64,000 nucleotides of DNA from Candidatus Aenigmatarchaeota archaeon (GCA_016187335.1 JACPJW010000001.1:128001-192000), one strand, 5' to 3'; numbered from the stretch's first letter, positions 37,742 through 48,121 are shown. Program-made: numbers and translations. Notes: generated by a model not told the origin, from the letters alone.

Positions 37742-38266
37742 TTATTTCTTCTCCGCCGGCTTTGCCGCTGCCGGTGCGGGCTTTGCTGGCGCTGCTGCTG
37801 CGGGCTTTGCCGCGGCAACTATCTTCTTTTTCGCGACGCCCACGGTTTTCTGCGTCCTGAATGAAGACCTTGTCCTCTGGCCCCTGACAGGCAGGCCAAA
37901 CTCATGCCTTACGCCCCTGTAGGCTCTCATCTTTTTGAGGAAGTTTATGTCCTCGCGTTTTTTCAAATCAAGCTCCGAAGCAACTGAATGCATGTCCTTT
38001 CCCGTGTCCATATCCTTCCGGCGGTTGAGCAGCCACGAAGCGAATCCGGGCGCCCTGATTGTCGATTCTATTTTTTTCAGCTCTTCGCTGCTCAGTTCGG
38101 CCAGTTTCTTCCTTTTGTCTATCCCTGCTGACGTGCACACGGCGCTGGCGAACATAAAGCTTACGCCCTTTATCCTGCGCAGGCCCCGCATCAGCTGCGT
38201 GGAGCCGTCTATGTCAGTCGCCATTATCCTGACAATCTTCCTTGTTTCAGTTGCCGGAGCTGCCAT
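37742..38266 (-). CDS. rps13: 30S ribosomal protein S13
   Basis: WLLNRRKD, YRGVRH..GLPVRGQRTRS; Ala/Pro/Lys-rich tail. Confidence 0.96.
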   Translation of the reverse strand: MAAPATETRKIVRIMATDIDGSTQLMRGLRRIKGVSFMFASAVCTSAGIDKRKKLAELSSEELKKIESTIRAPGFASWLLNRRKDMDTGKDMHSVASELDLKKREDINFLKKMRAYRGVRHEFGLPVRGQRTRSSFRTQKTVGVAKKKIVAAAKPAAAAPAKPAPAAAKPAEKK

Positions 38267-38392
38267 AATTATTGCAAAGATTAAGTTCGTCCAATAAATA
38301 TTAAAGCGTATCAAGGCGGAAAGGATGCCGAATCTGGGCTCTCCGTATTTTCCGATTTAATGTATTTTTATTTTTCCATATCAATTATTATC

Positions 38393-38842
38393 ATGCTTGT
38401 AAAGGAAATAATGTCCAGAAAGCCTGTCACGCTGCATTCCCGGGATACGCTGGAGAAAACTGTAAGGGTGTTTGCAAAGCACAGGATATCAGGGTGCCCT
38501 GTTGTTGACAGCAGGAAGCATGTTGTAGGCATCATAGCGAACACCGACGTGCTGCGTGTTATTGACGCGCAGGGCAGGATACTGAAAGAAAACGAGGATC
38601 TGCTTTCCGTCGTTTTAGGCTTTCTGAAAGGCGACGCGAAAACGGCGCTGAAAAAAATACTGAAAAGCCCTGTCAGGAAACACATGGTCCGGGATGTGGT
38701 TGTCGTTGCGCCTGAGGACGACATCGCCAACGCCGTCTCAATGATGAACCAGCGCGATATCGAGCGGCTGCCCGTCGTCAGCAAGGGCAGGCTCGTCGGC
38801 ATAATCTCGCGCAAGGACGTAATGCGCTTTCTGGAGAAGTAG
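38393..38842 (+). CDS. CBS domain protein
   Basis: Two CBS repeats: ISGCPVVD..VGII and IERLPVV..GRLVGIISRKD. Confidence 0.92.
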   Translation: MLVKEIMSRKPVTLHSRDTLEKTVRVFAKHRISGCPVVDSRKHVVGIIANTDVLRVIDAQGRILKENEDLLSVVLGFLKGDAKTALKKILKSPVRKHMVRDVVVVAPEDDIANAVSMMNQRDIERLPVVSKGRLVGIISRKDVMRFLEK

Positions 38843-38947
38843 GCGGAATTTTAATATACAGCCCAAGAGCATAAAAACGTATTACTATCCGCTACCTGAA
38901 GAGCGGCGGAATTCGGATTTAAAAAAGTATCTCTTAAACTATTTTGT

Positions 38948-40063
38948 ATGAAAAATAATGCTATAGTGCTCTTGGGGTTAGCATTGTTTGTTTCAGGGTG
39001 TATCGGACAGTCAGATATAACACCTGTTATAAAAGCCTTGCCAGAAGTCCAGCAGTTTCTTGCCCAGAATCCAGATGCGGATATTAGGGCATTTTTGGTA
39101 CCATCCAAGACAATGAACCAGACAATTAGTAGCGTAGAAGCGGAGTGCGGCCAGATGGATATAAAGGACTATTGGAAAGTTCTGATAACGAAGAAAAATG
39201 TAAACCTTACAGTATGGGTCGATTCAGAAACAAGAAATCCTGTATGCATAATAAAACCGGGCATAGTGACAAACCAGACAGAAATTCCACCAAAGGTAGA
39301 TTTGTCATCAAAGATCATACGCATAGACGGCGCGTCTGACAATCAGATAGCCGTAAGAAACATCGGCTCGGTTAGCATAGATAGTTCGGATCTGGCTGTG
39401 TTCCTAGACGGGAAATTGCAAACATGTTCATGGACATCTAATTCTGTAGAATCAGGGAGTATAATCGTATGTACGATGCCTTCTTCGTGTAAAGGCACTG
39501 TGGTTAAAGTAACAGCACCCGGGAATGCTGATACTGCTTATTGTTTTACACTCATCGAGCTTGGTAGAAATCAACCAATTCCTGCGGAACCCGCGCCTGA
39601 ACCAATTCCTGCGGAACCGCCTCAGCCAGTCCCTCCTCCGCAGCCAATTCAGCCATCTCCTCCGCCTTCAGGCAATGAAACAAACAGTAGCCAGCCCGGG
39701 GTCAATGAAACAAACAATATCAAACCCGGGGTCAATGAAACAAACAACCAGTCACTGATCAATGAAACAAACAACCAGCCAAGAAATGTCACATTCTCCT
39801 GCCAGATAAGCGGCAATCTCAGTGCCATGGTTACAGGGACACAAGGAGGAGTTGTGTGCAGTCCCTCAATATCAAACCGGAATGTCAGCCTGTCACCCGG
39901 CAATCATTCGGTGTACATCGCATGTTCTGGCGCTGGTAGATGTTCTCATGTCATTTGCATAAAAGGAGCAAGTTTTCCCTATGAAACGAGCAGCAACGGG
40001 AGGTGCACGGACGGCCAGTTGTCGCCTGGAGATTCGACCACTGCGCCGTTCAGAATCGGCTGA
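38948..40063 (+). CDS. Putative surface lipoprotein/glycoprotein
   Basis: LFVSG|C lipobox-like signal, Cys-paired beta domains, Pro-rich linker, four NETN sequons. Confidence 0.8.
   Translation: MKNNAIVLLGLALFVSGCIGQSDITPVIKALPEVQQFLAQNPDADIRAFLVPSKTMNQTISSVEAECGQMDIKDYWKVLITKKNVNLTVWVDSETRNPVCIIKPGIVTNQTEIPPKVDLSSKIIRIDGASDNQIAVRNIGSVSIDSSDLAVFLDGKLQTCSWTSNSVESGSIIVCTMPSSCKGTVVKVTAPGNADTAYCFTLIELGRNQPIPAEPAPEPIPAEPPQPVPPPQPIQPSPPPSGNETNSSQPGVNETNNIKPGVNETNNQSLINETNNQPRNVTFSCQISGNLSAMVTGTQGGVVCSPSISNRNVSLSPGNHSVYIACSGAGRCSHVICIKGASFPYETSSNGRCTDGQLSPGDSTTAPFRIG
39673..39773 (+). repeat. Intragenic tandem repeat caatgaaacaaaca x4
   Basis: Copies at 39673, 39703, 39733 and 39760; encodes NETN. 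Confidence 0.85.
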
Positions 40064-40126
40064 AAGCTCTATAGTGGTGTTATTGATAAACGAATTTTAT
40101 ATACAGCCGCGACGCATAATTAATGC

Positions 40127-40780
40127 ATGAGGCGCTGGGCGGTTTTTGCGGTCATACTGCTGTTTCTGATGGGCTATGCTGTTTTGTCATTTGGCGCTGT
40201 GGCAATCGGAAACCAGGATTTCGGCGGGGCCGCTCCCGAGCCGGAAAAAGGCGCCCAGGGCGAGGGCTCCCGCGTCGGAGAGGAGGAATACGACCGCCCG
40301 CCGCCAAGCCTTGAAATTTTCCATATTCCTGCGGATCCTACGGATGCTGATACCATTAACATAACGGCGCAAGTCATTGCATCCGTCAGCCTCGAGAAGG
40401 AGTGCATCCCTAGCACCGGCATCCTGAGCCTGTTCTTCGGCGGCTGCACCGAAACAGGCAACTGGATAGAGCGCACGCCTAACTGGCGCCCGCGTGGAAT
40501 AAAGATATTCATTAATGGCGAGGAGCGGAAGGGATGCGGCTTTGACGTGAATGCAATGTTCCGCTACTGCAAGAAGGGATCTGCTGATTTTGACAGTTGC
40601 GTTTCTTACAAGCCCGACAAGAGGGTTGTTGCGTTGTGCAGCTACCTGCAGAAATTCAACGCGGGCACGAATGTCACTTACTCCGCAATAACGTACATAA
40701 CACCGCCAAAAACCGCTGAGGAGCAGGCAAAGCAGGCGGAAGAGGAAAGGGAAAGAGGTGGAGGCGGACCGGACAGATAA
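40127..40780 (+). CDS. Secreted Cys-containing hypothetical protein
   Basis: Signal-like N-terminus and an Ig-like beta-rich core. Confidence 0.7.
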   Translation: MRRWAVFAVILLFLMGYAVLSFGAVAIGNQDFGGAAPEPEKGAQGEGSRVGEEEYDRPPPSLEIFHIPADPTDADTINITAQVIASVSLEKECIPSTGILSLFFGGCTETGNWIERTPNWRPRGIKIFINGEERKGCGFDVNAMFRYCKKGSADFDSCVSYKPDKRVVALCSYLQKFNAGTNVTYSAITYITPPKTAEEQAKQAEEERERGGGGPDR

Positions 40781-40796
40781 GAAATGAGGTTGTATA

Positions 40797-41783
40797 ATGA
40801 AAAAGGAAATTTTGGTTTTTGCTGTTGTTGTCATATTCCTGATGAGCTACGCTGCTTTCTCAGCAAACATGGAAGGGACATCTTTAGACGCGCATGCCGG
40901 TCCTGATTACCGCGGACAGGAAGGTGTTGACAACAGGCCGGCAGAAACGGGTGGCACGCCCGGCGTTGTGAAATCCGGAACGAAAAGTTTTGTCGTGAAG
41001 AAATACACGGGTCCGGCAGCGCCGGAAACCGCCACGAAAACGAACCTTGATTTCCCTGCGCCGGAGAATATCTCTTCAGCCGAGCAGCAGCCCAAAGCGG
41101 AGGAGAAGCAGAAAACTCCCGAGAAAACCGCTGAGACTCCAAAAGATGCTGAGCAGCAACCTATAGCGCAGCCAAAAGGTGGTCTTTGCGGCGACTGCGA
41201 CACCCAGACAAAAACGGGCCTGAGTTTCCGGATCAGCGGCGATGTGAACGTGCTCACCATGGCTGTGTGCGCCGGCAGCGCCAGCGAAAAGGAATGCAGG
41301 GAAGCGCCTGCGTGCGGCATCGACAAGCCGTGCATATGCGAGTCTTTTTTGAAGAACATCTGCGAAGTGAGATGCTTCAACACGAAAGGAAAATACTACG
41401 TCACTGTAGACGGCTTCCGCGGGCTCTTTGATTCCGTCGATGAAAAGGATCCTGCTGAAGGCGGCTATGACTACGAATGCCCGGCAGTGAGCACGGAATC
41501 GCTTGCAAAAACAAGGGAGAACCTGCTGCAGCTGCAGGGAAAGATAAGCGGCATCGCGGCAAAGGTTGACCTCATCGTCAAAAACGCGCCTGACAACGAC
41601 ACGACAGCGGCGTTCCAGAAATACTCGGACACGCTGAAAAAAATATCGGACATGATTGACGCCAGGATAAAATCCATCGACGCCGTCCTTGCAAGCCCGA
41701 CGGAGGAAGGAATACAGCAAAACCAGGCAGAGGCGGATGGCCTGAAAAAGGACATTGCTGACATGCTGAAAACGCTGCAATAA
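40797..41783 (+). CDS. Secreted hypothetical protein with Cys-rich domain and helical C-terminus
   Basis: Signal peptide, multiple Cys, amphipathic helical bundle tail. Confidence 0.75.
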   Translation: MKKEILVFAVVVIFLMSYAAFSANMEGTSLDAHAGPDYRGQEGVDNRPAETGGTPGVVKSGTKSFVVKKYTGPAAPETATKTNLDFPAPENISSAEQQPKAEEKQKTPEKTAETPKDAEQQPIAQPKGGLCGDCDTQTKTGLSFRISGDVNVLTMAVCAGSASEKECREAPACGIDKPCICESFLKNICEVRCFNTKGKYYVTVDGFRGLFDSVDEKDPAEGGYDYECPAVSTESLAKTRENLLQLQGKISGIAAKVDLIVKNAPDNDTTAAFQKYSDTLKKISDMIDARIKSIDAVLASPTEEGIQQNQAEADGLKKDIADMLKTLQ

Positions 41784-41862
41784 TCAAGGCGGAAGTGAAC
41801 ATGGCATTGAAAATGGACCAGAAGAATACACATTACATTACGCTTTGATAGAATTGATTTCT

Positions 41863-42222
41863 ATGAGAAAAGGCATGGAGCTTCCTGTATCAACGGTTGT
41901 TGTCGTAGCCGCTGCCGTGCTTGTGCTTGTAGTTGTGTCGTCGTTTTTTCTTTCAGGCTCGGGAAAGCAGTTCAGCGAGATTGACGCCAGAAGCAGGTTC
42001 GGCCAGGAGTGCACCAGGCTGAAATGCACCGTCAGCGAGGCGCAAAGCCTTCAGGCAACCCATCCCGACCTCTACAAATACTGCAGGGCGGTTTACGGTG
42101 ATGTTTCAGCAGCCCAGTGCGTCAACGCTTGCGGGTGCAGGATTGACTACTCATCAAAAGGAGAAGTAGCGCAGGATGTAAACCAGGACATAGCCGAACT
42201 TATTATTGATCTGACAGCTTAG
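41863..42222 (+). CDS. Pilin-like protein with class III signal peptide
   Basis: MRKG|MELPVSTVVVVAAAVLVLVVV; Cys-rich C-terminus. Confidence 0.8.
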   Translation: MRKGMELPVSTVVVVAAAVLVLVVVSSFFLSGSGKQFSEIDARSRFGQECTRLKCTVSEAQSLQATHPDLYKYCRAVYGDVSAAQCVNACGCRIDYSSKGEVAQDVNQDIAELIIDLTA

Positions 42223-42252
42223 ATGCTGCTGGAGGTTCGCTTCCAAATTATG

Positions 42253-42423
42253 TCAGGCTTTCTTGCCGCGCGACCACTTGAATTTCCTCGGGTCGCGGCC
42301 GAGCTTCACTGAGTTTTTCTCGCAGCGCCGCGAGCAGAACCAGCTTATTTTCCCGGTGCTCTGGATAATCATCTTGCCTGTTCCTGATTCAACGTTTGCA
42401 GAACAAAAAAAGCATTTTGCCAT
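42253..42423 (-). CDS. rpl24e: 50S ribosomal protein L24e
   Basis: CFFC, GTGKM, FCSRRCEKN, RDPRKFKW. Confidence 0.95.
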   Translation of the reverse strand: MAKCFFCSANVESGTGKMIIQSTGKISWFCSRRCEKNSVKLGRDPRKFKWSRGKKA

Positions 42424-42445
42424 ATCAGAACCCATCATTTATTTT

Positions 42446-42474
42446 TTGATGCCAACTTTTTTGTAAAAAGTTGC
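42446..42474 (+). repeat. Family A mini-hairpin
   Basis: TTGAT+gccaactttttt-gt-aaaaagttgc, near-perfect. Confidence 0.75.
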
Positions 42475-42515
42475 TAGTCGGTTTAGATACCTCCGTAGGT
42501 ATCGGATTTTTCTTA

Positions 42516-42725
42516 TTATCTTCGCCCGTAGCTTCCCGAGGACTCCATCTCGGTCTCCTTGAGCATCAGGACGTCGCCTATCTTGACGGGCCCTATGACG
42601 TTTCGCGTCAGTATCTTCCCCTTGTCGCGGCCGTCAACGACCCTGCACCGCACCCGCGTCACTCCCTTCGCGCCCATCCTGTCAAGTACGCCGATAATTT
42701 CAGCGGGCGTTGAGTCTTCGGGCAT
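42516..42725 (-). CDS. rps28e: 30S ribosomal protein S28e
   Basis: [26 protein letters not shown]. Confidence 0.95.
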   Translation of the reverse strand: MPEDSTPAEIIGVLDRMGAKGVTRVRCRVVDGRDKGKILTRNVIGPVKIGDVLMLKETEMESSGSYGRR

Positions 42726-42801
42726 GATTAAGCACCAATAAATTGCTAAAATGGAAATGTAGTCTTAAGTTGTTCCTGAATTCCGGCAGCTTCAGCTTTG
42801 A

Positions 42802-43113
42802 TTACTTTGACAGTTCTTCTATTTTCTTTCTTGCCTCGCCGCCGTCAACAACAGCGACGGCGGAAGTTCCGACGTCAATGCCCGCGGCCCTGCCGAGCTC
42901 GTTCTTGCTCGCTACCTTGACCAGCGGTATTTTCTTCTCGCCGCAGAGGGCGGGCAGATGCATGACTATTTCCGGGGGGTCCACGTCGTCAGCAATCACA
43001 ACCAGCTTTGCTATTCCCCGCTCCGCGGCCTTCGTGGCCTCGTTGACCCCCTTCCTTATCTTGCCCGTTTCCCTGGCTATTTCAATTGTTTCAAGAATCT
43101 CGTTGTCCTTCAT
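42802..43113 (-). CDS. rpl7ae: 50S ribosomal protein L7Ae
   Basis: [37 protein letters not shown]. Confidence 0.96.
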   Translation of the reverse strand: MKDNEILETIEIARETGKIRKGVNEATKAAERGIAKLVVIADDVDPPEIVMHLPALCGEKKIPLVKVASKNELGRAAGIDVGTSAVAVVDGGEARKKIEELSK

Positions 43114-43209
43114 CGATTCACCTCAATAGCGGCTGGTAAATTCCTAACAAAGTATTTAAGACAAACGTTTTTAAGGTTGCGGAATCAAGGAAGAAAAGCG
43201 GTGTTAATC

Positions 43210-43389
43210 ATGCAGGAAAAATCGGCGTTTCTTAAGGTCAAATGCAAGAAATGCAAGAACGAGCAGATAGTGTTCAGCAAGGCCGCTATGCAGGTGAAAT
43301 GCCTTGTGTGCGGTGCCGTGTTCTTGCAGCCTAAAGGCGGGAAAGCGGACGTGAACATGGACGCGGTGCAGGTTCTGGAAAGGCTGTGA
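43210..43389 (+). CDS. rps27e: 30S ribosomal protein S27e
   Basis: FLKVKCKKCKNEQIVF, CLVCG, PKGGKA. Confidence 0.95.
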   Translation: MQEKSAFLKVKCKKCKNEQIVFSKAAMQVKCLVCGAVFLQPKGGKADVNMDAVQVLERL

Positions 43390-43464
43390 ATGACTGCTTT
43401 AGCTGCACCAGTGCCTTAAAGGTTTAATTTCTTTCATGCAATAACATGGGTTGGTGTTGGTAAC

Positions 43465-44217
43465 ATGGTAAAAAAACGGGGACTTCCTTCCGAAGGCGAG
43501 TTGGTTATCTGCACCATTACCAAAATAAATCCCAATTCGGCTTTCGCTTTTATGGAGGAATACGGCAAGGAAGGGATGATACACATCTCGGAAATCGCCC
43601 CGGGATGGGTCCGCGATATAAGGCAGCACCTGAAGACGGGCCAGACGGGCGTCGCAAAGGTCATGCGCATCGACGACAAAACGATTTCTCTGTCAATAAA
43701 GCGCGTCGACGACAACCAGAGGAACCAGAAAACAAAGGAGTACAACCTGGAAAACAAGGCTGAAAGGCTGCTGGAAATAGCGGCAAAAAAGCTTGAGAAA
43801 AATTTGGACCAGGCTTACGAGGAAGTTGGTTTTCTGCTGCAGGAAAAATTCGGCTCCATTTACGAGGGCTTCAAAACTGCCCTGAATGCCCCGGACAACC
43901 TGAAGAAGCGCGGCATTCCTGACAAATGGGTTGAAGTTATCAGGGAGGTTGCCGAAAAAAGCATAGAGCAGAAAGAGTTTGAGTTCAAGGCAAGGTTGCT
44001 GATAAATACATATAAACCGAATGGTGTAATTATAATAAAGGACATACTGAAGAAAGCGGCGGCAGCCGGCCTGGACGTCAGGTACATCGCCGCGCCTGAA
44101 TATCTTGTCAGGTACAAAACAAAAAACGCCAAGAAAGGACAGCGTTATATTGAAGAGAAGCTGGAAGAGCTGAGAAAGAACAAGGACGCGGAAGTGAAGT
44201 TTGAGCTGCTGAGCTGA
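43465..44217 (+). CDS. eif2a: Translation initiation factor 2 alpha
   Basis: LPSEGELVI S1 domain, IHISEIAPGWVRDIR, YIAAPEY. Confidence 0.95.
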   Translation: MVKKRGLPSEGELVICTITKINPNSAFAFMEEYGKEGMIHISEIAPGWVRDIRQHLKTGQTGVAKVMRIDDKTISLSIKRVDDNQRNQKTKEYNLENKAERLLEIAAKKLEKNLDQAYEEVGFLLQEKFGSIYEGFKTALNAPDNLKKRGIPDKWVEVIREVAEKSIEQKEFEFKARLLINTYKPNGVIIIKDILKKAAAAGLDVRYIAAPEYLVRYKTKNAKKGQRYIEEKLEELRKNKDAEVKFELLS

Positions 44218-44309
44218 AAAAAGCTAAGAACGAGAGATAGAAATCGTCAAGAAGGCAGGAAGCAGCAAAAAGAAGAACAGAAATTCCTGCCCCGGCTATT
44301 GCTGAGGTA

Positions 44310-44468
44310 ATGCCCTTGCCATTGATAAAAAAATGCTGCGCCTATACGATGCAGGAAAAATGCCCGCGGTGCGGCAGCAGGACTAAAAGCGCGCACCCGA
44401 TGAAGTTCTCCGCGGAGGACAAATACGGAAAATACAGGCGGATGGCAGGCAGGGAAAAGAAGGTCTGA
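44310..44468 (+). CDS. nop10: H/ACA RNP protein Nop10
   Basis: YTMQEKCPRCG, AHPMKFSAEDKYGKYRR; translated by hand. Confidence 0.9.
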   Translation: MPLPLIKKCCAYTMQEKCPRCGSRTKSAHPMKFSAEDKYGKYRRMAGREKKV

Positions 44469-44489
44469 TGACAAAGAAATAACGTCTTT

Positions 44490-45284
44490 TTGCTTGATAA
44501 GGTGTTTTCATTGCAAACCGAAATAAAAATCCTTGAGAAAGTGAAGCTGAAAAATCCCGTGCTCATAGAGGGGCTCCCGGGAATAGGCAATGTAGGGCGC
44601 GTGGCCGCCGGCTATCTTGTAAGCGAGCTGAAAATGAAGAAGTTCGCGGAGCTGTACTCAAATCACTTTCTGCCCCTTGTCATACTTCACGACGCTTCCG
44701 TGGCGCAGCTCCTGAAATGCGAATTTTATTACTACCGCTCGAAGAGCCGCGACATCATTATCCTGACAGGCGACACGCAGAGCATTTCGCCGGAAGGGCA
44801 CTACGAGATCTGCGAGAAAATTCTTGAGTTCTCGGAAAAGCTCGGCGTGAAAGAAATAATAACGCTTGGCGGCTTTGCGGAAGGGCGGCAGATAGACGAG
44901 CCAAGGGTCATAGGCGCCGTGAACGACAAGTCGCTGATAAAGAAATACGAGAAATACGGCATTGATTTCGGAAAGGACCATCCGGTAGGGACAATTGTAG
45001 GCGCATCAGGATTGCTCCTGGGCCTGGGCAGGCTCCGCGGCATTGACGGCGCGTGCCTGATGGGCGAGACCTATGGACTGCCCGTCATGACAGACCCCAA
45101 AGCGGCTGACCGCGTGATTCACGTGATTACAAAAATACTGGGCATCAAGGTGGATTTGTCAAAATTAGAGAAAATAATCAAGGAAATGGAAGGAAAGATG
45201 AAGCAGACGGAAAAAATACACAAAAGGATTTTGGAGCAGATACCGAAACAGAGCAAGGGCGAGGACGTGAGGTATATTGGCTAA
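44490..45284 (+). CDS. PAC2-family proteasome assembly chaperone
   Basis: LIEGLPGIGNVG, ITLGGF, GASGLLLG, CLMGET, DPKAA; usual position after nop10. Confidence 0.9.
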   Translation: MLDKVFSLQTEIKILEKVKLKNPVLIEGLPGIGNVGRVAAGYLVSELKMKKFAELYSNHFLPLVILHDASVAQLLKCEFYYYRSKSRDIIILTGDTQSISPEGHYEICEKILEFSEKLGVKEIITLGGFAEGRQIDEPRVIGAVNDKSLIKKYEKYGIDFGKDHPVGTIVGASGLLLGLGRLRGIDGACLMGETYGLPVMTDPKAADRVIHVITKILGIKVDLSKLEKIIKEMEGKMKQTEKIHKRILEQIPKQSKGEDVRYIG

Positions 45285-45368
45285 CGGATGAACTGCATTC
45301 TTCTGTAACGCTTAAAAGAGTATCAGTTAAAGATAAAAGCTGTGTTCTAGGCAAGAGATGAGAAGCTT

Positions 45369-45566
45369 ATGTTTGAATACCCGGGACTGACAAGGTTTGA
45401 AAAAACCCGCATAATAGCCGCGCGCGCCCTGCAGATTTCAATGGGTGCGCCAGTCCTTTTCAAGACGGATCTGGAAAGCCCGAAGGAGATATCAAAGCTT
45501 GAATTTGAGAAAGGGATCCTCCCGATAACCGCGAAGAGAAGGATGCCGGGAAAAACAGCCGAATAA
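45369..45566 (+). CDS. rpoK: RNA polymerase subunit K (Rpo6)
   Basis: TRFEKTRIIAARALQISMGAP. Confidence 0.95.
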   Translation: MFEYPGLTRFEKTRIIAARALQISMGAPVLFKTDLESPKEISKLEFEKGILPITAKRRMPGKTAE

Positions 45567-45645
45567 TTTCAAAAACGGAGGCTGCCTTGGCTGTTCAAAA
45601 ATATAAAGAATGAACTCATGCTTCCACCTTGAAAAATTGATTTTT

Positions 45646-46254
45646 ATGTCAGCGACAAAAATGGAGACAAAAGTAAAAAAGGAAAGGCTGCTCATACCGA
45701 GGGAAAAATACCTGAGCGCAGGAGTCCATATAGGCCTCACGACAAAGACGGCGGGCATGAAGCGCTTCATATACAAGATCCGCCCCAACGGCTTGGCAGT
45801 TCTAAACGTCGGCATGATCGACAAGAGAATCGGCCACGCGGCGAACATGCTGGCGGAAAGGAAAAATATTCTTGTCGTGTCAAAGAAAGAAAACGGCCAG
45901 CAGTCCGTGAGGAAATTCGCAGAAGTTACCGGAAGTAGGGCGATTACGGGAAGGTTCATGCCCGGCTCCTTGACAAACCCTTCCTCCCAGGATTTTTTTG
46001 AGCCTGACATACTCGTTGTTACAGATCCTTTGGCGGACAAGCAGGCGATAAAGGAGGCCTACAGCATGCGCATACCCATCATCGGAATGGTTGACACCTT
46101 CAACGAGCTGGGATACCTGGACTTTGTCATTCCTTGCAACAACAAGGGAAAGAAATCACTGGCTGTCATATACTGGCTCCTTGCAAAGCTGCTGCTGGAA
46201 AAAAGAGGCGAAAAACTGGAAGCAAAGCCCGAGGACTTCGGGTACGAGGAATAG
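45646..46254 (+). CDS. rps2: 30S ribosomal protein S2
   Basis: YLSAGVHIG, GRFMPGSLTNP, IPCNNKGKKSLA.IYWLLA. Confidence 0.96.
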   Translation: MSATKMETKVKKERLLIPREKYLSAGVHIGLTTKTAGMKRFIYKIRPNGLAVLNVGMIDKRIGHAANMLAERKNILVVSKKENGQQSVRKFAEVTGSRAITGRFMPGSLTNPSSQDFFEPDILVVTDPLADKQAIKEAYSMRIPIIGMVDTFNELGYLDFVIPCNNKGKKSLAVIYWLLAKLLLEKRGEKLEAKPEDFGYEE

Positions 46255-46272
46255 AAAGCCTGGAAAAGAAAA

Positions 46273-46803
46273 TTAGTCTCCGGTTTTTTTCTCGACAAGA
46301 ATTTTCGTCGGCGTCGGCAGCTTGTATCCTGCTTTCTTCAGCGCGATTTTTGCCGTGTCAATTCCGTTTTTGTTTACCTGTATCTCCATTATTTTCTGCC
46401 CGCTCATGACGCGCGCCGCTGTCCCTACGGGCTTGCCGAAGTTGTCGCGCATTCCCGACTGGAACCTGTCCGCTCCTGCTCCTGTTGCCATGGCGTTTTC
46501 CCTGAGGACCTGATGCGGGTAGACGCGCACGCGGACAAAGTATGTGCTGCCTTTGCCCAGCTTTTTGTCCAGCGTCTGCACGACCATAATGCGCGCTGAT
46601 TCCAGCGCATTATGCCTTATCTGGACATCCCTTTCGGAAACAAGAAACAGCTTGGCGTCGTAATCCCCTACCGTCCCCATCTGGAATTCCGCTATTTTCG
46701 GCTTTGGCACGCCTTTTACATAGCCTTTCTTGGGAACGCGAATGCTCTGCCTGGTATAAGGCCGCTGCAGGTTGCGGTAGCATCTTCCGGGTCTTAATCC
46801 CAT
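46273..46803 (-). CDS. rpl10e: 50S ribosomal protein L10e (uL16)
   Basis: RPGRCYR, QIRHNALESAR, VYPHQVLREN, GADRFQSGMR..FGKP. Confidence 0.96.
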   Translation of the reverse strand: MGLRPGRCYRNLQRPYTRQSIRVPKKGYVKGVPKPKIAEFQMGTVGDYDAKLFLVSERDVQIRHNALESARIMVVQTLDKKLGKGSTYFVRVRVYPHQVLRENAMATGAGADRFQSGMRDNFGKPVGTAARVMSGQKIMEIQVNKNGIDTAKIALKKAGYKLPTPTKILVEKKTGD

Positions 46804-46910
46804 AAAAATCGCTTCGTGATTTCTGCTGAAACGGAAAGGGAAAGGATTTTGTCAACTTTGTTTTTGATTTCCGCTTTGCATTGCTTTCTTCCCAGACAAG
46901 ATTTAAAAAG

Positions 46911-48041
46911 CTACCATCGTTTCACGAAAACCTGGAAAAGCAGTGATGTCAGGACAATGCTTGCAATTGACAGCAAAACGACAAGCGTGAATACAGCCGG
47001 GCCTATGAGCGATGCTGTCATTGCTACATAAGCCGCTATAATGGATATCTCGCCGCGCGGCATCATTGCTATGCCGACGGTCAGCTGGTCGCGGCCGCCG
47101 AAGCCGTAATGCCTGGTGAGAATCCCGGAGCCTATGAACTTGGCGGCTGTCATGAGCAAAAACAGCGGGACGAAATGCTGCGCCTGAACCCCCGTTCCGG
47201 CGGAAAGCGCGACGTATGCAAAAAACAGCGGGACGAAAAAGCCGTTGGAAACCGTCCTTATTTTAGGCTCTATTACCGATTCTGTAAGCGGTGATTTGCC
47301 CAGCAGAAGGCCCGCGACAAACGCCCCTGAAACTGCCGCAATTCCTGCCTGCTGCGTTGCGTATGAAAGCAGGAAAACGGCGACGAGGGCTGCAGCCACT
47401 ATAAACTGGTCGTCGTTCATCTCTTCCAGAAATCCGAAAAACTGGCCTATCCGTTTTGACAGGGCGGCGGCTATTACAATTATGGACAGCGACAGGATGA
47501 AGAATACGGTGGCGCTTTTCCATGCCTCGCTGAACGAAAAATAGCCTATGAAAGTTGAAAGGCCGATTATTGATATCATGTCGCCGTACAGGACCGCGGA
47601 CGTTATGAGCTTTCCGGCTTTTGAATTCAGCTCGCCGAGGGATGACATTGCCCTGGAAGATATGCCGCTGCTCGTGGACATGAAGGCGATCCCGATCACC
47701 ACGGCGGCCTTGAAATCGTAAAAATAATAGCCGGCCGCGAACCCAAGAATGAAAGGAACAACAGCCCCCGCTATCCCGAGCGATATTCCCTGCTTCGTGT
47801 TCCCTTTTGTTTTTTCTACGTCTATGTTAAGCCCTATCAGGAATATTGCAAAAAGCATTCCGAGATTCGCCATCTCGCCGAGGAGCGGGCTGGGGGAGAC
47901 AAAATTAAGAAGGGGCCCCGCAATAAAGCCGCCGGTCATTTCCCCGACAAGCGAAGGGACCTTCAAACGCTCCGCAATCTCGCCGAAGATTTTCGCGAAT
48001 ATGAGCAATATGGCGACGCTGAACAGGATTTCAACGGTCAT
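46911..48041 (-). CDS. Cation:proton antiporter (CPA2/KefB-like)
   Basis: About 12 TM; start MTVEILFS; MMPRGEISII. Confidence 0.88.
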   Translation of the reverse strand: MTVEILFSVAILLIFAKIFGEIAERLKVPSLVGEMTGGFIAGPLLNFVSPSPLLGEMANLGMLFAIFLIGLNIDVEKTKGNTKQGISLGIAGAVVPFILGFAAGYYFYDFKAAVVIGIAFMSTSSGISSRAMSSLGELNSKAGKLITSAVLYGDMISIIGLSTFIGYFSFSEAWKSATVFFILSLSIIVIAAALSKRIGQFFGFLEEMNDDQFIVAAALVAVFLLSYATQQAGIAAVSGAFVAGLLLGKSPLTESVIEPKIRTVSNGFFVPLFFAYVALSAGTGVQAQHFVPLFLLMTAAKFIGSGILTRHYGFGGRDQLTVGIAMMPRGEISIIAAYVAMTASLIGPAVFTLVVLLSIASIVLTSLLFQVFVKRW

Positions 48042-48121
48042 GATTTCATTACGACTTCTTCCAAATATAAAATAATTCTTTCTTTCCGCCAGAGCTTTCT
48101 TTTTAAAGAAAGGTCTAAGAG

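Noticed and set aside
37742-37830. Ala/Pro/Lys-rich tail of S13 and similar N-terminal extension of S9
   Set aside because: Low-complexity extensions are common on archaeal ribosomal proteins
39574-39773. Regularly spaced 14-18-bp repeats resembling a mini CRISPR array
   Set aside because: In-frame coding repeats (QPIPAEP, NETN) with very short, related spacers and no cas genes
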